This document shows, piece by piece, positions 42,704-56,494 of a stretch of 64,000 nt of DNA. Each line of letters starts with the position of its first letter. Within the stretch, counting starts at the first letter, position 1. The stretch comes from Eledone cirrhosa (Eukaryota): assembly GCA_964016885.1 (NCBI GenBank), contig OZ024742.1, positions 259,160,001 through 259,224,000 on the forward strand, in the 5' to 3' direction. A program made the translations under genes and the position numbers. The notes under the pieces are model-generated. The model saw only the letters and a list, made by a program, of their open reading frames with translations, was not told the DNA's origin and ran no database searches.

Positions 42704-45700
42704 TGCTGATGTTGGAGGAAGAAGAAGAAGGAAAGGGGCCAGAACCAACTGGACGAAAGAATTGAATAGAACTGTTATGCAATGCTACCTGAAAAGTAAC
42801 CCCAAGGAGAGGGGCTACAGGAGACGGATGCATAACATCTGGAACGAGATTGGTTTATTTAAATTAGATGAACAAAAATTGGCCGGGCAGGCTCGGGTAA
42901 TAAGAACTAATGGGTGGATAAGCGAGCTGGAACTGGAGGAACTGAGCAGAGAGAATGGCTTGGAGATGGCGGGTGTAGTATGCCAGACAAGCGAGCCGGC
43001 GGGAAATGAAGGTGAGGAGGTCTTGAGAACGGAGGAACCACCCGAAGCAGACAATGATCTGAATACTGAGATAAATAATACCTGGAACAGAGATACGGCC
43101 ACTGAGGAGATGAATGCTGACGGGCTAGGACAAGATTCGGTTGACATCCTAAATTTAGTGGTAGATGAGTTGAACAATGATAGTGGGAGACCTATGAACC
43201 TAAGATTTGTAGACAAGAAAAAGTTAAAAGAAACAACAGCTAAGGTAAACAAAGTCATCCCATACCTTGAGGCGAGGAGTCTTCACCAGTGCAACAATAT
43301 CCTCAAAGCAACAGCAAATACGGTGAGGAAACTACTTGGTATAAAAGCGAGAGGAAACAACAGACAAGAAAGAGCAGAGCCGTGGTGGAAGAAGCGACTG
43401 AGTGGGCAAATCGGGGAAATGAGAAATGACATAGGAAAGCTTGAGTCACTACTGAATGGGACACTAAAAAACATAGGCACTAAAAATAGACTGGAAATAA
43501 AATACAAAACTAGGAGTAAAAAGCTAAATATTATCATAGAGGAATTGAAGCAACGCATTGTAGCAAAGAGTGCCAAAATCAGGCGATACGAGAACAGAGT
43601 CAGTCAGTATAAACAGAACCGCATGTTCGACAACAACCAGAAGATGCTGTTTGGACAGCTTGAGGGGAAAGAAAGAGGCAACGACTTGATCCCTGGGGCG
43701 GAACAAGCTAAAACATTCTGGAGAGGAATATGGGAGCAGGATGTTAGACACAATGCCCAGGCAGGGTGGATTGAGACAGTACAGAGGGAGATCGGTGAGC
43801 AGGCACAACAACAGACTGATTTGAGTATCACAGTTGAAACTCTTAAGGGGCAAGCCAAAAAACTAACCAACTGGAAATCACCAGGCCCAGATGGTGTGCA
43901 GGGGTATTGGATTAAACATTTAACATCCCTCCACCCGAAGCTGACGGCCATGTTCAATGACTGCTTGGTGTCGGGTGAGGTGCCAGAGTGGTTGACAAAA
44001 GGTACCACAGTTCTGATAATGAAAGACCGAATCAAGGGTAATGATGTTACCAACTATAGACCTATCACATGTCTGCCCGTAATGTGGAAACTGTTGGCGA
44101 GCATTGTGTCTGAGGAAATCTACCATCACCTCCACACAAACAACTTGTTACCGGACGAACAGAAAGGATGCCGAAAGAAGTCACGTGGTACAAAGGACCA
44201 GTTGCTTATTGATAAGATGGTAATGGGGAATTGCAGGAGGAGACACACTGATCTTGCCATGGGATGGATAGACTACAGAAAGGCATTTGACATGGTGCCT
44301 CATTCCTGGATCACCAAAAGCCTGGAGATCTTCAGGGTGGCAGATAACATCAGACAGTTGCTGGGCAGGAGTATGGGGTCCTGGGAGACAGAGTTGACAT
44401 CAACTGGAGTATCCTTGGGAAGCGTGAAGATCAAGAGAGGTATCTTCCAGGGAGATAGCCTGTCCCCTCTGTTGTTTGTCCTTGCCCTGATGCCCTTGAC
44501 CATTATGCTGCGAAAAGTGAGAGCAGGATACAAGTTGGGAAGGGGAGAGCTTACCATCAATCACCTCCTCTTCATGGACGATCTTAAGCTCTTCGGGAAA
44601 AGTGAGAAGGAGTTGGATGTGCTTGTTGACACTGTCCGTATTTTCAGCAGTGATATATGTATGCAGTTTGGTATTGGTAAATGTGGAGTCATTGTGATGA
44701 AGAGGGGTAGGTTGAGCAGAAGTAACGGGATCCAGATACCAACAGGTGAGATGATAAAGGAAATTGACTCTGAGGAAGGATACAAGTATTTGGGCGTTCT
44801 GGAGGCTGATGGCATAAAGAACAAAAAAATGAAGGAATTGTTAAGAACTGAATACATTCGGAGAGTAAGGAGCGTATTGAAATCACATCTGAACAGCAGA
44901 AATGCCATAAGCGCAGTAAATTCCCGAGCTGTGTCTATTATTAGGTACAGTGCGGGAATTCTGAGATGGAATGTTGCTGAACAAAAAGAAATGGATAGGA
45001 AGACTAGGAAGCTATTGACTATCTACAACATGTTCCACAAGAGGAGTGATGTCGATAGACTCTACCTAAGGAGATCTGAGGGTGGAAGAGGTCTTATCAG
45101 CATAGAGGACTGTGTTCAGATGGAGAAAAACAACCTATACAAATACGTGACCTATAGTAAGGAGCCAATGCTCAGAGCTGTACTGAAGGAGGGGACAGTA
45201 GGCCAGGGGATATCCAAGGAGGAAATAACATCAAGGAGGAAGAGCAGCCTTAAGGGAAAATCCCTTCATAGTACCTTCTTTGAGAAAACTGAATTTAGAG
45301 ATCCACAGACATGGAACTGGTTGAGAAGAGGAGACCTCAAACAGGCTACAGAAGGAATGCTAATGGCTGCGCAGGAGCAGGCCCTCAAAACGAAGTGGTT
45401 GAAGCACCATATCTACAAGGAGGAGGCTAGCCCACTGTGCAGGATCTGTGGAGAGAGAGAGGAGACTGTGGCTCACATTGTGTCCGAGTGTAAACACCTA
45501 GACCAGACCCACTATAAGGGCTGGAGACACGATGTGATGGGCAGGGTGATCCACTGGCACCTGTGCAAAGTAAACAATCTACCACATTCTGAGAAATGGT
45601 ATGAGCATAGGCCAGAGGCGGTGATGGAGAACAGTCAGGTGAAGGTGCTGTGGGATTTTAGGATACAGACGGACAAAAAACTGGAACACAATAGACCTGA

Positions 45701-46098
45701 CCTGGTGGTTGTGGACAAAGAAAAAAGATCGTGCCTGATTGTGGATGTGGCCTGCCCGTTCGACACGAGAGTGCAAGAGAAGGAGAGGGAGAAAATTAAC
45801 CGATACCAGGACCTAAAGTGGGAGGTGAAAAGAATTTGGAACTGCCATGAAGTCAAAGTGATCCCGATTGTCATAGGCGCACTGGGGACTATCTCCAAAG
45901 GTTTCCAGGGATGGTCAAAGAAAATCGGCCCCTTCACGCTTTTTGGAACGCTTCAAAAGGCATGCTTGCTTGGAACAGCAAGAACCCTCCGATACGTCCT
46001 GAATATCTGAGGCTGCAGGTAGTGGCTTGACATTCAATCCAACGGACTTTCCAGTTAACCTACATCAATGACTGAGATTCAAGGAATAGCAATAACAA
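42703..46098 (+). mobile_element. R4/Dong-clade non-LTR retrotransposon in (TAA)n, probably 5'-truncated
   Basis: (TAA)n at 42640-42702 upstream; AATAACAATAATAATAAT after a ~80-bp 3' UTR; single RT-RLE ORF; GC content well above the flanks. Confidence 0.92.
42777..46010 (+). CDS. Reverse transcriptase plus CCHC zinc knuckle plus restriction-like endonuclease
   Basis: WKSPGPDG, NYRPITCL, WIDYRKAFD, GIFQGDSLSPLLF, LFMDD, YKYLG, CRICGEREETVAHIVSEC, RHD, RPDLVVVD..IVDVACP, EKINRY; no stops. The frame is open from the junction at 42703; 42777 is the first element-encoded ATG. Confidence 0.92.
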   Translation: MQCYLKSNPKERGYRRRMHNIWNEIGLFKLDEQKLAGQARVIRTNGWISELELEELSRENGLEMAGVVCQTSEPAGNEGEEVLRTEEPPEADNDLNTEINNTWNRDTATEEMNADGLGQDSVDILNLVVDELNNDSGRPMNLRFVDKKKLKETTAKVNKVIPYLEARSLHQCNNILKATANTVRKLLGIKARGNNRQERAEPWWKKRLSGQIGEMRNDIGKLESLLNGTLKNIGTKNRLEIKYKTRSKKLNIIIEELKQRIVAKSAKIRRYENRVSQYKQNRMFDNNQKMLFGQLEGKERGNDLIPGAEQAKTFWRGIWEQDVRHNAQAGWIETVQREIGEQAQQQTDLSITVETLKGQAKKLTNWKSPGPDGVQGYWIKHLTSLHPKLTAMFNDCLVSGEVPEWLTKGTTVLIMKDRIKGNDVTNYRPITCLPVMWKLLASIVSEEIYHHLHTNNLLPDEQKGCRKKSRGTKDQLLIDKMVMGNCRRRHTDLAMGWIDYRKAFDMVPHSWITKSLEIFRVADNIRQLLGRSMGSWETELTSTGVSLGSVKIKRGIFQGDSLSPLLFVLALMPLTIMLRKVRAGYKLGRGELTINHLLFMDDLKLFGKSEKELDVLVDTVRIFSSDICMQFGIGKCGVIVMKRGRLSRSNGIQIPTGEMIKEIDSEEGYKYLGVLEADGIKNKKMKELLRTEYIRRVRSVLKSHLNSRNAISAVNSRAVSIIRYSAGILRWNVAEQKEMDRKTRKLLTIYNMFHKRSDVDRLYLRRSEGGRGLISIEDCVQMEKNNLYKYVTYSKEPMLRAVLKEGTVGQGISKEEITSRRKSSLKGKSLHSTFFEKTEFRDPQTWNWLRRGDLKQATEGMLMAAQEQALKTKWLKHHIYKEEASPLCRICGEREETVAHIVSECKHLDQTHYKGWRHDVMGRVIHWHLCKVNNLPHSEKWYEHRPEAVMENSQVKVLWDFRIQTDKKLEHNRPDLVVVDKEKRSCLIVDVACPFDTRVQEKEREKINRYQDLKWEVKRIWNCHEVKVIPIVIGALGTISKGFQGWSKKIGPFTLFGTLQKACLLGTARTLRYVLNI

Positions 46099-46239
46099 TA
46101 ATAATAATAGAGAAGAAGAAGAAGAAGAAGAAGAAGAAGAAGAAGAAGAAGAAGAGGTGAGCTAGACAGCGGATTAAAGAAACAAAATACGTACTACATA
46201 TACAAGTTGTAAATATATATATATATATATATATATATC

Positions 46240-46421
46240 GATTGGATTGGCAGTAGAAGGTCGGACGCCATGCTTTGACGCATAGAGTTACGGCCCTTGC
46301 CATTCTGAGTTCAAATCCCGCCGAGGTTAACTTTGCCTTTCATCATTACGGGGTCGATAAAATAAAGTACCAGTAATGCACTGGGTAATTGCTGGCCTTG
46401 TGCCAAAAGTAGAAACAATTA
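46240..46421 (+). mobile_element. SINE family A, young full-length copy
   Basis: TGGCAGTAGAAGG head, GAGTTCAAATCC B box, CCTTTCATC..ACGGGGTCGATAAAATAAAGTACCAG core (resembles a Nin/Deu-type domain, from memory). Confidence 0.9.
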
Positions 46422-46522
46422 TTTATTTACGTTTCAATATATTTAAATATTCATATACTTACATATATTTATAAAAGGTTAAAAATATATATATTTATCT
46501 AGCAATCTATCTATATATATAT

Positions 46523-46612
<90 letters not shown>

Positions 46613-46903
46613 ACAAAATGAGATGCTGCTGTTACATATTTCGTTTAATCATGTGTGTGCGTGTTTGTGAGTCTGTAGTTATTGTTCTTTTTAAAATCAC
46701 TTTTACCTACTCGAGGTGACGCGTCTTATGTTTTACCTTGTCGATATACTTGAGAGATAGTAACAAAAATGTCCCCCATCCCCTATATGTTATGTTTTAT
46801 ATGAAAGATTATGAAAATATGATTGAGTGTCTGCTGTCAAGTTAGGCACTTCTACCCTCTTGAACATATATTAAATATAAATATGTATGAACCGTAATAC
46901 TTC

Positions 46904-46949
<46 letters not shown>

Positions 46950-46967
46950 TATATATATATAGATATA

Positions 46968-47061
<94 letters not shown>

Positions 47062-48031
47062 CATGTGTGTGTCTGTATATGTAGCTGTGCTTGTGTATGT
47101 GTCTGTGTGAGGAAAGACAACACATATCAACGATATAGGACAATGAAAAATATATGTTAGTTTAACTCTTGACATGAAACGCATCTTAACGTTCTGGACG
47201 CAATTCCTTCATCGATAGAATGTGAGATAGGAGAAATGGAAAAATATACGTAAGGATGAAGACGAAAAACCTAACAATCAACCATTTTACGAGAGGAATC
47301 CATGTGTGTGTTTAGTCAGCCCTTATACATAAGAAGTTCTCTTGGCAATACGATGGCACACCGTGGTATCTTGGCCCACTATCTGTACTATAACCTCGCG
47401 TCTATTCAAGTCATACGAGTTCAACTAAACAGTAGGAAACAGCGTAGAAACCAACCAGTTGGAGTTTTACCTGTAATTTTAAGGTGCACTCATGTTACAT
47501 ATTGTCATCCTGTTTCGGACTATGTATTTCGTAGGTGTGGAATACTCATCTAAGTACTCGTTCGTTCATTAGGTATATGTTCGGTTCGTTCAATAACTGA
47601 GTTCTCATCGTCGAAACCGACTGAAGATTCATCGTCATAACCATAATAGTAATATTAGGTGTGAATGCCTAATTATTGCTCCTACAATCCAAACAGACCA
47701 AAATATATTCTTGAAAGAAATTGAAAGTTATCAAAATATACTGACTTGTAGCACAGAAAAATGTTTGACATGATCACCCAAACCACTAGTGACCGCATAA
47801 ATTAGCCTAAACAAAATGGGTCAGGAGAAATTTACAAACAATTTTCTAGAAAACACCATGATAAAAGGAAGTTATAAAAATCCATCTTAAAACAGCACAT
47901 GCATTTTAGAGGGGGCTGTTTCCAAAGTAACACCATCTCTATCTTTTATAATCCTCAGCATAGTTTTAGACTTGTTCATACAAAATGAAACAAGAGACTC
48001 AAATATAATAAGACTATTGTTGTGATTACAA

Positions 48032-48218
48032 AATAATTGTTTCTACTTTTGTCACAAGGCCAGCAATTACCCCAGTGCATTATTGGTACTTTATTTTATT
48101 CACCCCGAATGAAAGGCAAATCTAACTTCGGCAGGATTTGAACTCGGAACGTAAAGGGTCATAACTCTATGGTCCAACGCATTGTGTCTGGTGCTCTACC
48201 AATACTGCCAATCCACCA
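48032..48218 (-). mobile_element. SINE family A, full length
   Basis: Reverse complement of the family A consensus, ending at CTGCCAATCCACC. Confidence 0.88.
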
Positions 48219-48514
48219 TAATTACGAAATGATGCAGTTTAAGTCGAAACATTACGAATGTTAAATTCCAAAGAGTCCTGAAACATCGCTAATTTAATAG
48301 TATGAACCGAACGGTGTGGTATGGCGTAATCTGGTAGAAAGACATCAGGCTTCAACTTGTTCTAATAATCTATCGTATGTTTTTTTTTTTTTTTTTGTTT
48401 TTTTTTTTTTTGCCTGGTCGGTTCGTTCTTTTCGTAGGAACGTTGTAATATTATCTGGTACCTCGTGATGAAATGGCACACTTCCAGATTCTACATGTCT
48501 AGTTTCATTTCTAC

Positions 48515-48660
48515 TTCTCCTGGTTATATCGCAGCCGTTACCAACTATAAGGTTAATTTCTCTTCTATCTGTCCTGATTGTATCCCAGCCATTACCAGCT
48601 GTAAGATTAATTTCACGGCTTTCTGTCCTGGTTATATCGCAGCCGTAACACACTATAAGG
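48515..48660. repeat. 54-bp tandem repeat, about 2.7 copies
   Basis: CCTG(G/A)TT.TATC.CAGCC at 48519, 48573 and 48627. Confidence 0.85.
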
Positions 48661-49097
48661 TCAGTTGCTTTGCAACATTTACAATGTATATTGTACTCTA
48701 AAATGTATATCCTATAATTTCATAAAATATTCAGGTGTCTTTAGTCTGGTGACATTATCATTTGTCCATTAAAGTTGCCATATAAGTGTACCATTATCTT
48801 TTCACTATTATTAACACGTATCATGTAGTCGACATTTTACATAGTTTTTAGAATTATTATTATTGCTATATCATTGTCCTTGATTTTGTTACTTTGGTAC
48901 TGCGTGACTTGACATTGGTTATCGACATACCTCCCACTTCAATACTTACGTTATGATCAATGTGGCTTTTAACTAACACAGACACGCACATAACAGATAT
49001 TCTATCTGTCTACTCTTTATATATTGCATGCACAGATCTGTTAAATAATTATGTATAAATGTATATATATATTTGAACATGTGCATACATTCATACA

Positions 49098-49212
<115 letters not shown>

Positions 49213-49732
49213 ATCAGAGTGTGGTATCGTTAGATTGCCGTATTAGACCATAGCTGTGTGCTCCTGAGAACCTAAGATGGCAACGCGTTGCATATTTAAT
49301 GGGAAGGAAGAAGGGGCTCGAAAGCGGGTTATACTCGATACTGAGTCAACGTTCGTCACCATCACACGTATACGCACGCACACATACACACACACATTCT
49401 GCGCCTTTGTGTTGGAATATTTTCTCAAGTTTGAGGATTAATGATGGGCCAGTCAATAGACGGCTGACCAACCCGCCTCTCAGAAACCCAGGAAAGGGAT
49501 TTAACATCCGTAACCTTTCTCCAGTAATTGCCAGGAGGCAATGTCTTTAAACTTCACCGACTGAGTACACGTGTGAAATATTGTTAAAATGTGGGATAGT
49601 TGTATTCTTATGGACTACACTGTGGTACAACTGCTTTATATAGCTTAAATGTATGACATTAAATCCTCCTGCCTGTTGTTTTTTTCCCGCAACTGCTGTT
49701 ACATGCTTTCGTACAGCATTATTCACAGCCAT

Positions 49733-49917
49733 GAATTGGCAGTATCGGTAGAGGATCGGACGCCATGCTTTGACTCATACAGTTACGGCCCTTGCCATTC
49801 TGAGTTCAAATCCCGCCGGTGTTAACTTTGCCTTTCATCCTTACGAGATCGAGAAAATAAAGTTCCAGTAATGCACTGAGTAATTGCTGGCCTTGTGCCA
49901 AAAGTAGAATCAATTAT
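49733..49917 (+). mobile_element. SINE family A with 15-bp TSD ATTATTCACAGCCAT
   Basis: TSD at 49718-49732 and 49913-49927. Confidence 0.92.
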
Positions 49918-50416
49918 TCACAGCCATAGACTTTTATACATGGAGTTGAAAATTGCTGCAGGTTTAGGTTGCCATTACATATATGATACACAGACAATAT
50001 AACATAAAGTTTGTAGCTAACACGCAACTACTGAAGGCCTCACATGCTGCCTTGCAGATATATCTTCCAGACACTTCCGTCCTTGATGCCTAACATATGA
50101 CATGGGCTATTAACTCCTGGTTGAGTCATAGGGACGCTGTCATATGCATTGTTTAAACTTATCTGAAGCTATCCTACTTCAGGTCTGAACACACACACAG
50201 AAGCAGAGAGAGATGGAGAGAAAGAGAGGAGGGAAATGGATAGAGAGAGGGAGACACTGAGGGAGAGGAAGAGATGAAAGAGGAGGTGAAGAATCTACGC
50301 CAGTTCTGTCCCGGTTCATTGATCATCGGCCTTGAAAGAATGGAAAGCAAATTTGACCTCGACGGAATTATATATATATATATATATATATATACATGTG
50401 TGTGTATGTGTGTGTT

Positions 50417-50456
<40 letters not shown>

Positions 50457-52641
50457 TGTCTGTGTGTATGTGTGTGTGTGTGTGTGTATGTGTGTGTGTG
50501 TATGTGTGTGTGCGTGTGTATGTATGTGTGTGTTCAGCAGTCAATATAACATAAAACTTGTTGCTAACGTGATGTATATACAAATGATATGTTTTGTACA
50601 CGAACACGCTGGTGTTCCCAAAGTTGATTTTCCTAATAATGGGGTTCTTGATCTGCAAATCATGGTTAAATTGTAGGAACGAGGCTTTAATGAATATTTT
50701 GTAGTTGGGTATTACGGTAATCATATCATCAATCCCGTACAGTTATTACATACATTGTATTTTTTCTTTTTTGTTTCTTTTGTGTTCTGTTCCAATGAAA
50801 TCGAAGCTGCTGGTGTGGGAGGAAATGATATGTAGTGTGGATACACTAGATCCACTGTCACGTACAAAGCCAAACAAAACTACGATCAAATGACAAGATA
50901 ATTACTACACATCTGCAAGCTAAATTGGAAACATTATAATATAGAAGAAAATCAAACAACCACCATTGTACGTGATGTGATGGCATGCATATGCATGAAA
51001 AGAGAGGACTGTAGTTTGCCTTTAGATGGAAAATGGTTTATGTGCTCGCTCACGGTACTCATGATAATTATAGCCACACACACACGCACATATTCATTCA
51101 TATAGATATACACATGTGCACAAATATATACACATAAGTACACACATACACACATATATACAAACGTATGCAAACAGCAAAAAATGAAACCTAAAACAAA
51201 AACGATCAATGTATAATGTATTTATGAATTTTCAAAAAGCATTATTTTCCACAGTGATTTGTGACTAAACCATGTATGGAAATATTGACATGGGAGAATT
51301 GGCGTGGAATCACAACTCACGTTACATTGAAATATGAGGTTCCATGGTTGAGTGGTTAGGTTATGCGGCACACAATCGTAAAATGGGCGTTTAATTTCCG
51401 GCGGTTTGTAAGACACTTTATTTCCAGTCGGTTTAATCTAGGCAACTGAAAAGTTCGTTGTCACGTTTACTTTTCCTGAGAACTACGGTAAAAGTGCGAC
51501 TGTCAGCCATTTATATTTCAATGTAATATGGACTGCACCTGTAATTCAAAGGCTCAGCCTTTATTAAACTATGTGTCACAATGAACCTCCCTGTGAAGTA
51601 CAATAATGTTACACGTGTCTGTGAAATACCCAGCTGTTTACATTATAATACATGATGGATTGTACATAAAATTCAGAGGTGCATCTTCGTCACAGTGTAT
51701 CGCACAGAATCTTCCTGAAAACAAGATGAGAATATAAGTTTCTGTGGAGACCTCGGCCAATTACACTATAATACAGTTAATGCAAAATGCAAAAGCGAAT
51801 GGTCTAGTTCTAAATGCTTTAAATCGAAATGGGGACCTGATGCGTGGCATCCTGAGCAAGTGACATTTGCCACTGGCTCGGATTAACCCCTGGTTTCTGA
51901 GTGAATTTGTTTTGGCCGGAACACTTTAGCAGCACATAATATGGTCTGTACCTGTCATGTAAATGACCAGCTTTAGCACTCATAGTGTCATACTGAATCA
52001 CCCTGAGAATTAAGTATTCATGTTTGTGGAATACTTCAACACTTCCAAGTTAGTTTTATGAACACGCTGTTCTGTTGATTGAACAACTGGAACCCTCCTC
52101 CTCGAAATTGACGGTGATCCATTCCATCCTTGCACGCATCATACGCTCTTCATCTGACAAAATCACCACTCCTTTCCATATTTTATGATGTATATTTAAT
52201 CTCGTTGGATGCACAACGTTAGAATCATTCCATCAGATTATACTAAAGTCTGTCCTCTTTTCAAAATGGTATCCATGTGTTTCAAAGTCCTAGAATCTAT
52301 AGTTCAGTTTCGATCTATTGTTTACAGGAGATCCAAAGATTACATATTTGATTAATGGTCCCTGGTGTACAGACTCATAGACAAGTATAAAAACTCTGAG
52401 ACATTAAGTACGAACACATATCAGTGTACACAACTACGTCAAACATAAACACATACAAAACTAGATCATATATAGAGACACAAACATTCTCACACACATA
52501 GGCACACATGCACACTCATATAGACATACATACACACAAACTATATCATACATAAATACGGTTCCTTAGACATAAATTTAGCAGATAGTTTTAATCCCTC
52601 TCACGCACATACATATATCTCCCTATCCCTCCTTCTCCCTC

Positions 52642-52700
<59 letters not shown>

Positions 52701-53091
52701 TATTCAACTGACCACATATAACGTGACTATTAAGTTATTCGATTGAATGAAGCAAGCATTGTATTGATCATGTAATCGATAAGCCATTGTATTGAAATAT
52801 TGATTTGAAAAGGGTTCTCTATGATATTATGTATTCTTTGCAGCATTTGTACTGTAAACTTGAAAAGACCTAGTTTAGAGTTGCTTCAATATTTTAAACT
52901 CACTTATGAGAGCACAAACATGAATGCATTGCTACAGAGGCCTGTCTGAATCTTTCATGTTCTGTCTTTGTATTCCATTTAGTTGATAGTCTTTATTTCA
53001 CACCACAGCTCTATGCGCTTAGTAATGTGCATATTGTGATTCTAGCTTTCTCTTTTATTATATTTGTTTACCAAACTTCTCAAATATAGTA

Positions 53092-53168
<77 letters not shown>

Positions 53169-54641
53169 TGCGTATGCAATTGTGACCTAATATGTTGATT
53201 TTGTATGATATAATTAGTAATTAGAACCTTGTCGTTCATAGTTATTCTTGGTTTATATTGATGTAAAACGTAATTATTGATAAAAGTAAATCAACAAATG
53301 ATATACAAACCATACAACCTATTTACTCAATTCTTGTATACAGTGCTTTATTAATTGAACATCTGATGTTTGTTTTGGTATTTAATATACTAGGAATTAA
53401 GTGCATTATTTCGAAGAACATATCATTTAAGCAAAAAGGCACGCAGAATAGGCCACGTTTCTGAGATGGCATGTGATGTCAGATTTTCCATCAGAGTCTG
53501 ACGTTGAAACATGCCTAGAATACAGTGGATAAGCAATACATATAAATTTGAAAACCTGGAATACTTGGCGACTAGACCAACGAGCTCACAACGAGAACAC
53601 ACTCATACAGGCACACACACGCACAGTTAACGAGAGGGAAAAATAATTTGTAAACGAATGATTAGATAATACACTCCCTTATGTAAACAGTGCATAATTA
53701 ACCCAGCCTATGGGAAAGTGTATATAAATATACACAATTAATTCATTTTTAGTAGTTGAAGTCAATTACTAAATTTATTTCAGAAGATGAGCAATTACTC
53801 GACTGAAATTTAAAAGGAATCAACAGGACTTAGCTTTTCATCTAGATTATCTTCAGTCTAGGAGATAGATTTAGAAATGGAAGGTAGATACTGTACATCT
53901 TAACTTCACTCTCTATGAACTATTTTAATCTTTCTAAACCTTATATACAATGAAACGCTCCTGATTCTATGATACAACTTTTTTTTTTTTCAAATGACTA
54001 CCGATGTCTAAAAAACATTCATTTCAATTCTTTACAAGAACCTTTGTTAATTTATGTTTCAAACACAATCTTAATAATTCCATGACTAAAACAATTAAAA
54101 TATCCTGATTATTTTCAAAAGGATCTGAAAATTGTTATATGTTAGGAATATGGTAATCAAATGAGTAAAATGTTTATAGTTATCTAAAACTTTCCATCAT
54201 AATTTTAAGAAAGAGCATTTTAAGTTGTGCCCCAGGCACTAACTTCGTAATTAGAAAGTTAATTATTTTACTAAATGCCTCCAAATTCTGGATTATCATC
54301 AAAACAATTTTATCAATATATTAAACAAATGGCAACAAAACGGTTAAATTCTCATACCTATGGATGCAAATTATATTGCTAGTGGCAAGGTATAAAACGG
54401 TGGTCTTGTATGGGAATCTTCATGAGGGATTGATTTAGATATCAATGGTCCAGTGTTTTTCTCCACGTTACACTTCCAATCTCAAATTTTCTGGTATATG
54501 ACATGTTATTAGTCCTTACCAGTGGTATTTGAGGTAAGCAATAAAAATATATATAATGTTAATTTCCTAATAGTAAAACTAAATAAATGTTATCCCACAT
54601 TATCCCGTATAATGTATATCTTATTCAGAGGATATATATAT

Positions 54642-54681
<40 letters not shown>

Positions 54682-54694
54682 CAAGAGAGAGATA

Positions 54695-54760
<66 letters not shown>

Positions 54761-56078
54761 TGATGGTGTGCAGACTAGTTTTTAGGCTTAGGAATGTGTG
54801 GCCCTTATTTGAGGGAGTTTTTTTCCTCAGCGGGCCTCAAGCTCAATAAAACCGAAATAACTTTCGACCTGATGAGTTTCCGGGCTACTGAAAGACTTAA
54901 ATAAAATTCATTAAATTAATTAAAAAAATAAATCATATGATGATAGTGGTAACCAAACACATATTATGCTGGGATATACTAATACAAATCATTGTAAATA
55001 AATCCCTTCGTTTATGATTGCATTGAAATCCTCACGTTTCTTTCAAATATGACTTCTTGTCTCTGGAGTCAATAAAGGAATTCTCAGTAATATAATGGGT
55101 TTATTCAATTAATTATAACCCCATAGACCCACTTCCTCGTAAAAACTGTTGGCTTTGTATCTAATATAAAATAAAATCAATCAATGAAAACATTGAGGCG
55201 TATATAGATGAAAAGATAATTGTGAATGGAGGGTAATGTGAAACTTTTTGTACTTCGACTATTCTGTACATCAGCCTTCCTACTGTGAACAGTTTAGCTT
55301 CCTTGGTTGAATTCAATGTTGAGAAAATGCCGGCAGACGATATATTTTCAAAAGAAGCTGGAATGTTATTGTAATTATGTAACAGTGAACGTTAGCCAAA
55401 TGGCAATTTGAAGTACCTAAGAGCCTAAGATCTAGTAGGATTTTCTTGGTTAGTATTGAATATGTCGGTATTCAGCGCCAACTTCCGCCATCTTAAATCT
55501 CACTTTTCCTTTCCGATAAGGATTAAAAACTGGGCTTCGGGTCATCTTGTATTGATTATTATATTGTTAACTAGATATAGGGAGGAGTGTGAGAGAAAGA
55601 GAATATCCAGAAAGAGATAGAGAGGGGAAGAGAGAGAGAGATCGGGAGAATGAGATAGACTGAGAGAAATATCAGATGATATATATATATATATATATAT
55701 ATATACGAAGAGAGATACGGAGAAAGAGGGCTAACGAGTGTGTAAAGAGGGAGATAAACAGAAGGGGAATCATAAGGATAAGAACGGAGTGATAAAAGGA
55801 GAAGGGGAGAGTGAGAAAAAGGAGAGAGGGAAATGTATTGGAAAGGTTTCTTGTAAAGGAACAAGTTGATAGTTGGCTGTACTGGCTGTAATTAGAAATT
55901 ATACTACCAAATTGGCCGTAAATTCTGGACACATGCATCGTACATGTTGGAAATAAGCTACATGAAGATCAACACACGTAGTTATATACATATGTGCGTA
56001 GTTATATACATTTATCTATTTATATATAAGGGTGAAAGCAGCGATTCTTTGCTTAAACTTTAATCTGTTATTTTAATA

Positions 56079-56115
<37 letters not shown>

Positions 56116-56494
56116 ATATTCATAGATGTATATAAGTGTATGAAGATCTATATATGTGTATATATACAGTTTGAAAATTATAGATGCAGATATAAGAAAC
56201 TGAGAGGAGAACCATAATGAGATATTTGTGAAAGAACCGAGAACCTACAAATTTCATGTAGCAAATTCTGCCATTGTGTAATAGTTTTCCGTCGGTTCTT
56301 ATGATGAATGTCCCATTTGTTAATCAATTGAACAACTTGCAAATAAAATTAACGTATTAGTGTCTGAGCATTCCTCAAGCTTATGTTTACTCAGTGCTAT
56401 GCTTAATGTTACGTGCTCAAAATGCTATGCCGTGAAATAGACCCAAGGACTTAATGATTACTAAGCCGACCTCTTAACTCCCTTGACTTTCTAA

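Noticed and set aside
42815-45937. Minus-strand ORFs within the Dong element
   Set aside because: Antisense shadows of the RT ORF with no recognisable motifs.
46240-46325. tRNA-like A and B boxes as a tRNA gene
   Set aside because: These are SINE heads with no complete cloverleaf.
54865-54900. CTGATGAG...GAAA hammerhead-like string
   Set aside because: No convincing stem I or stem II pairing.
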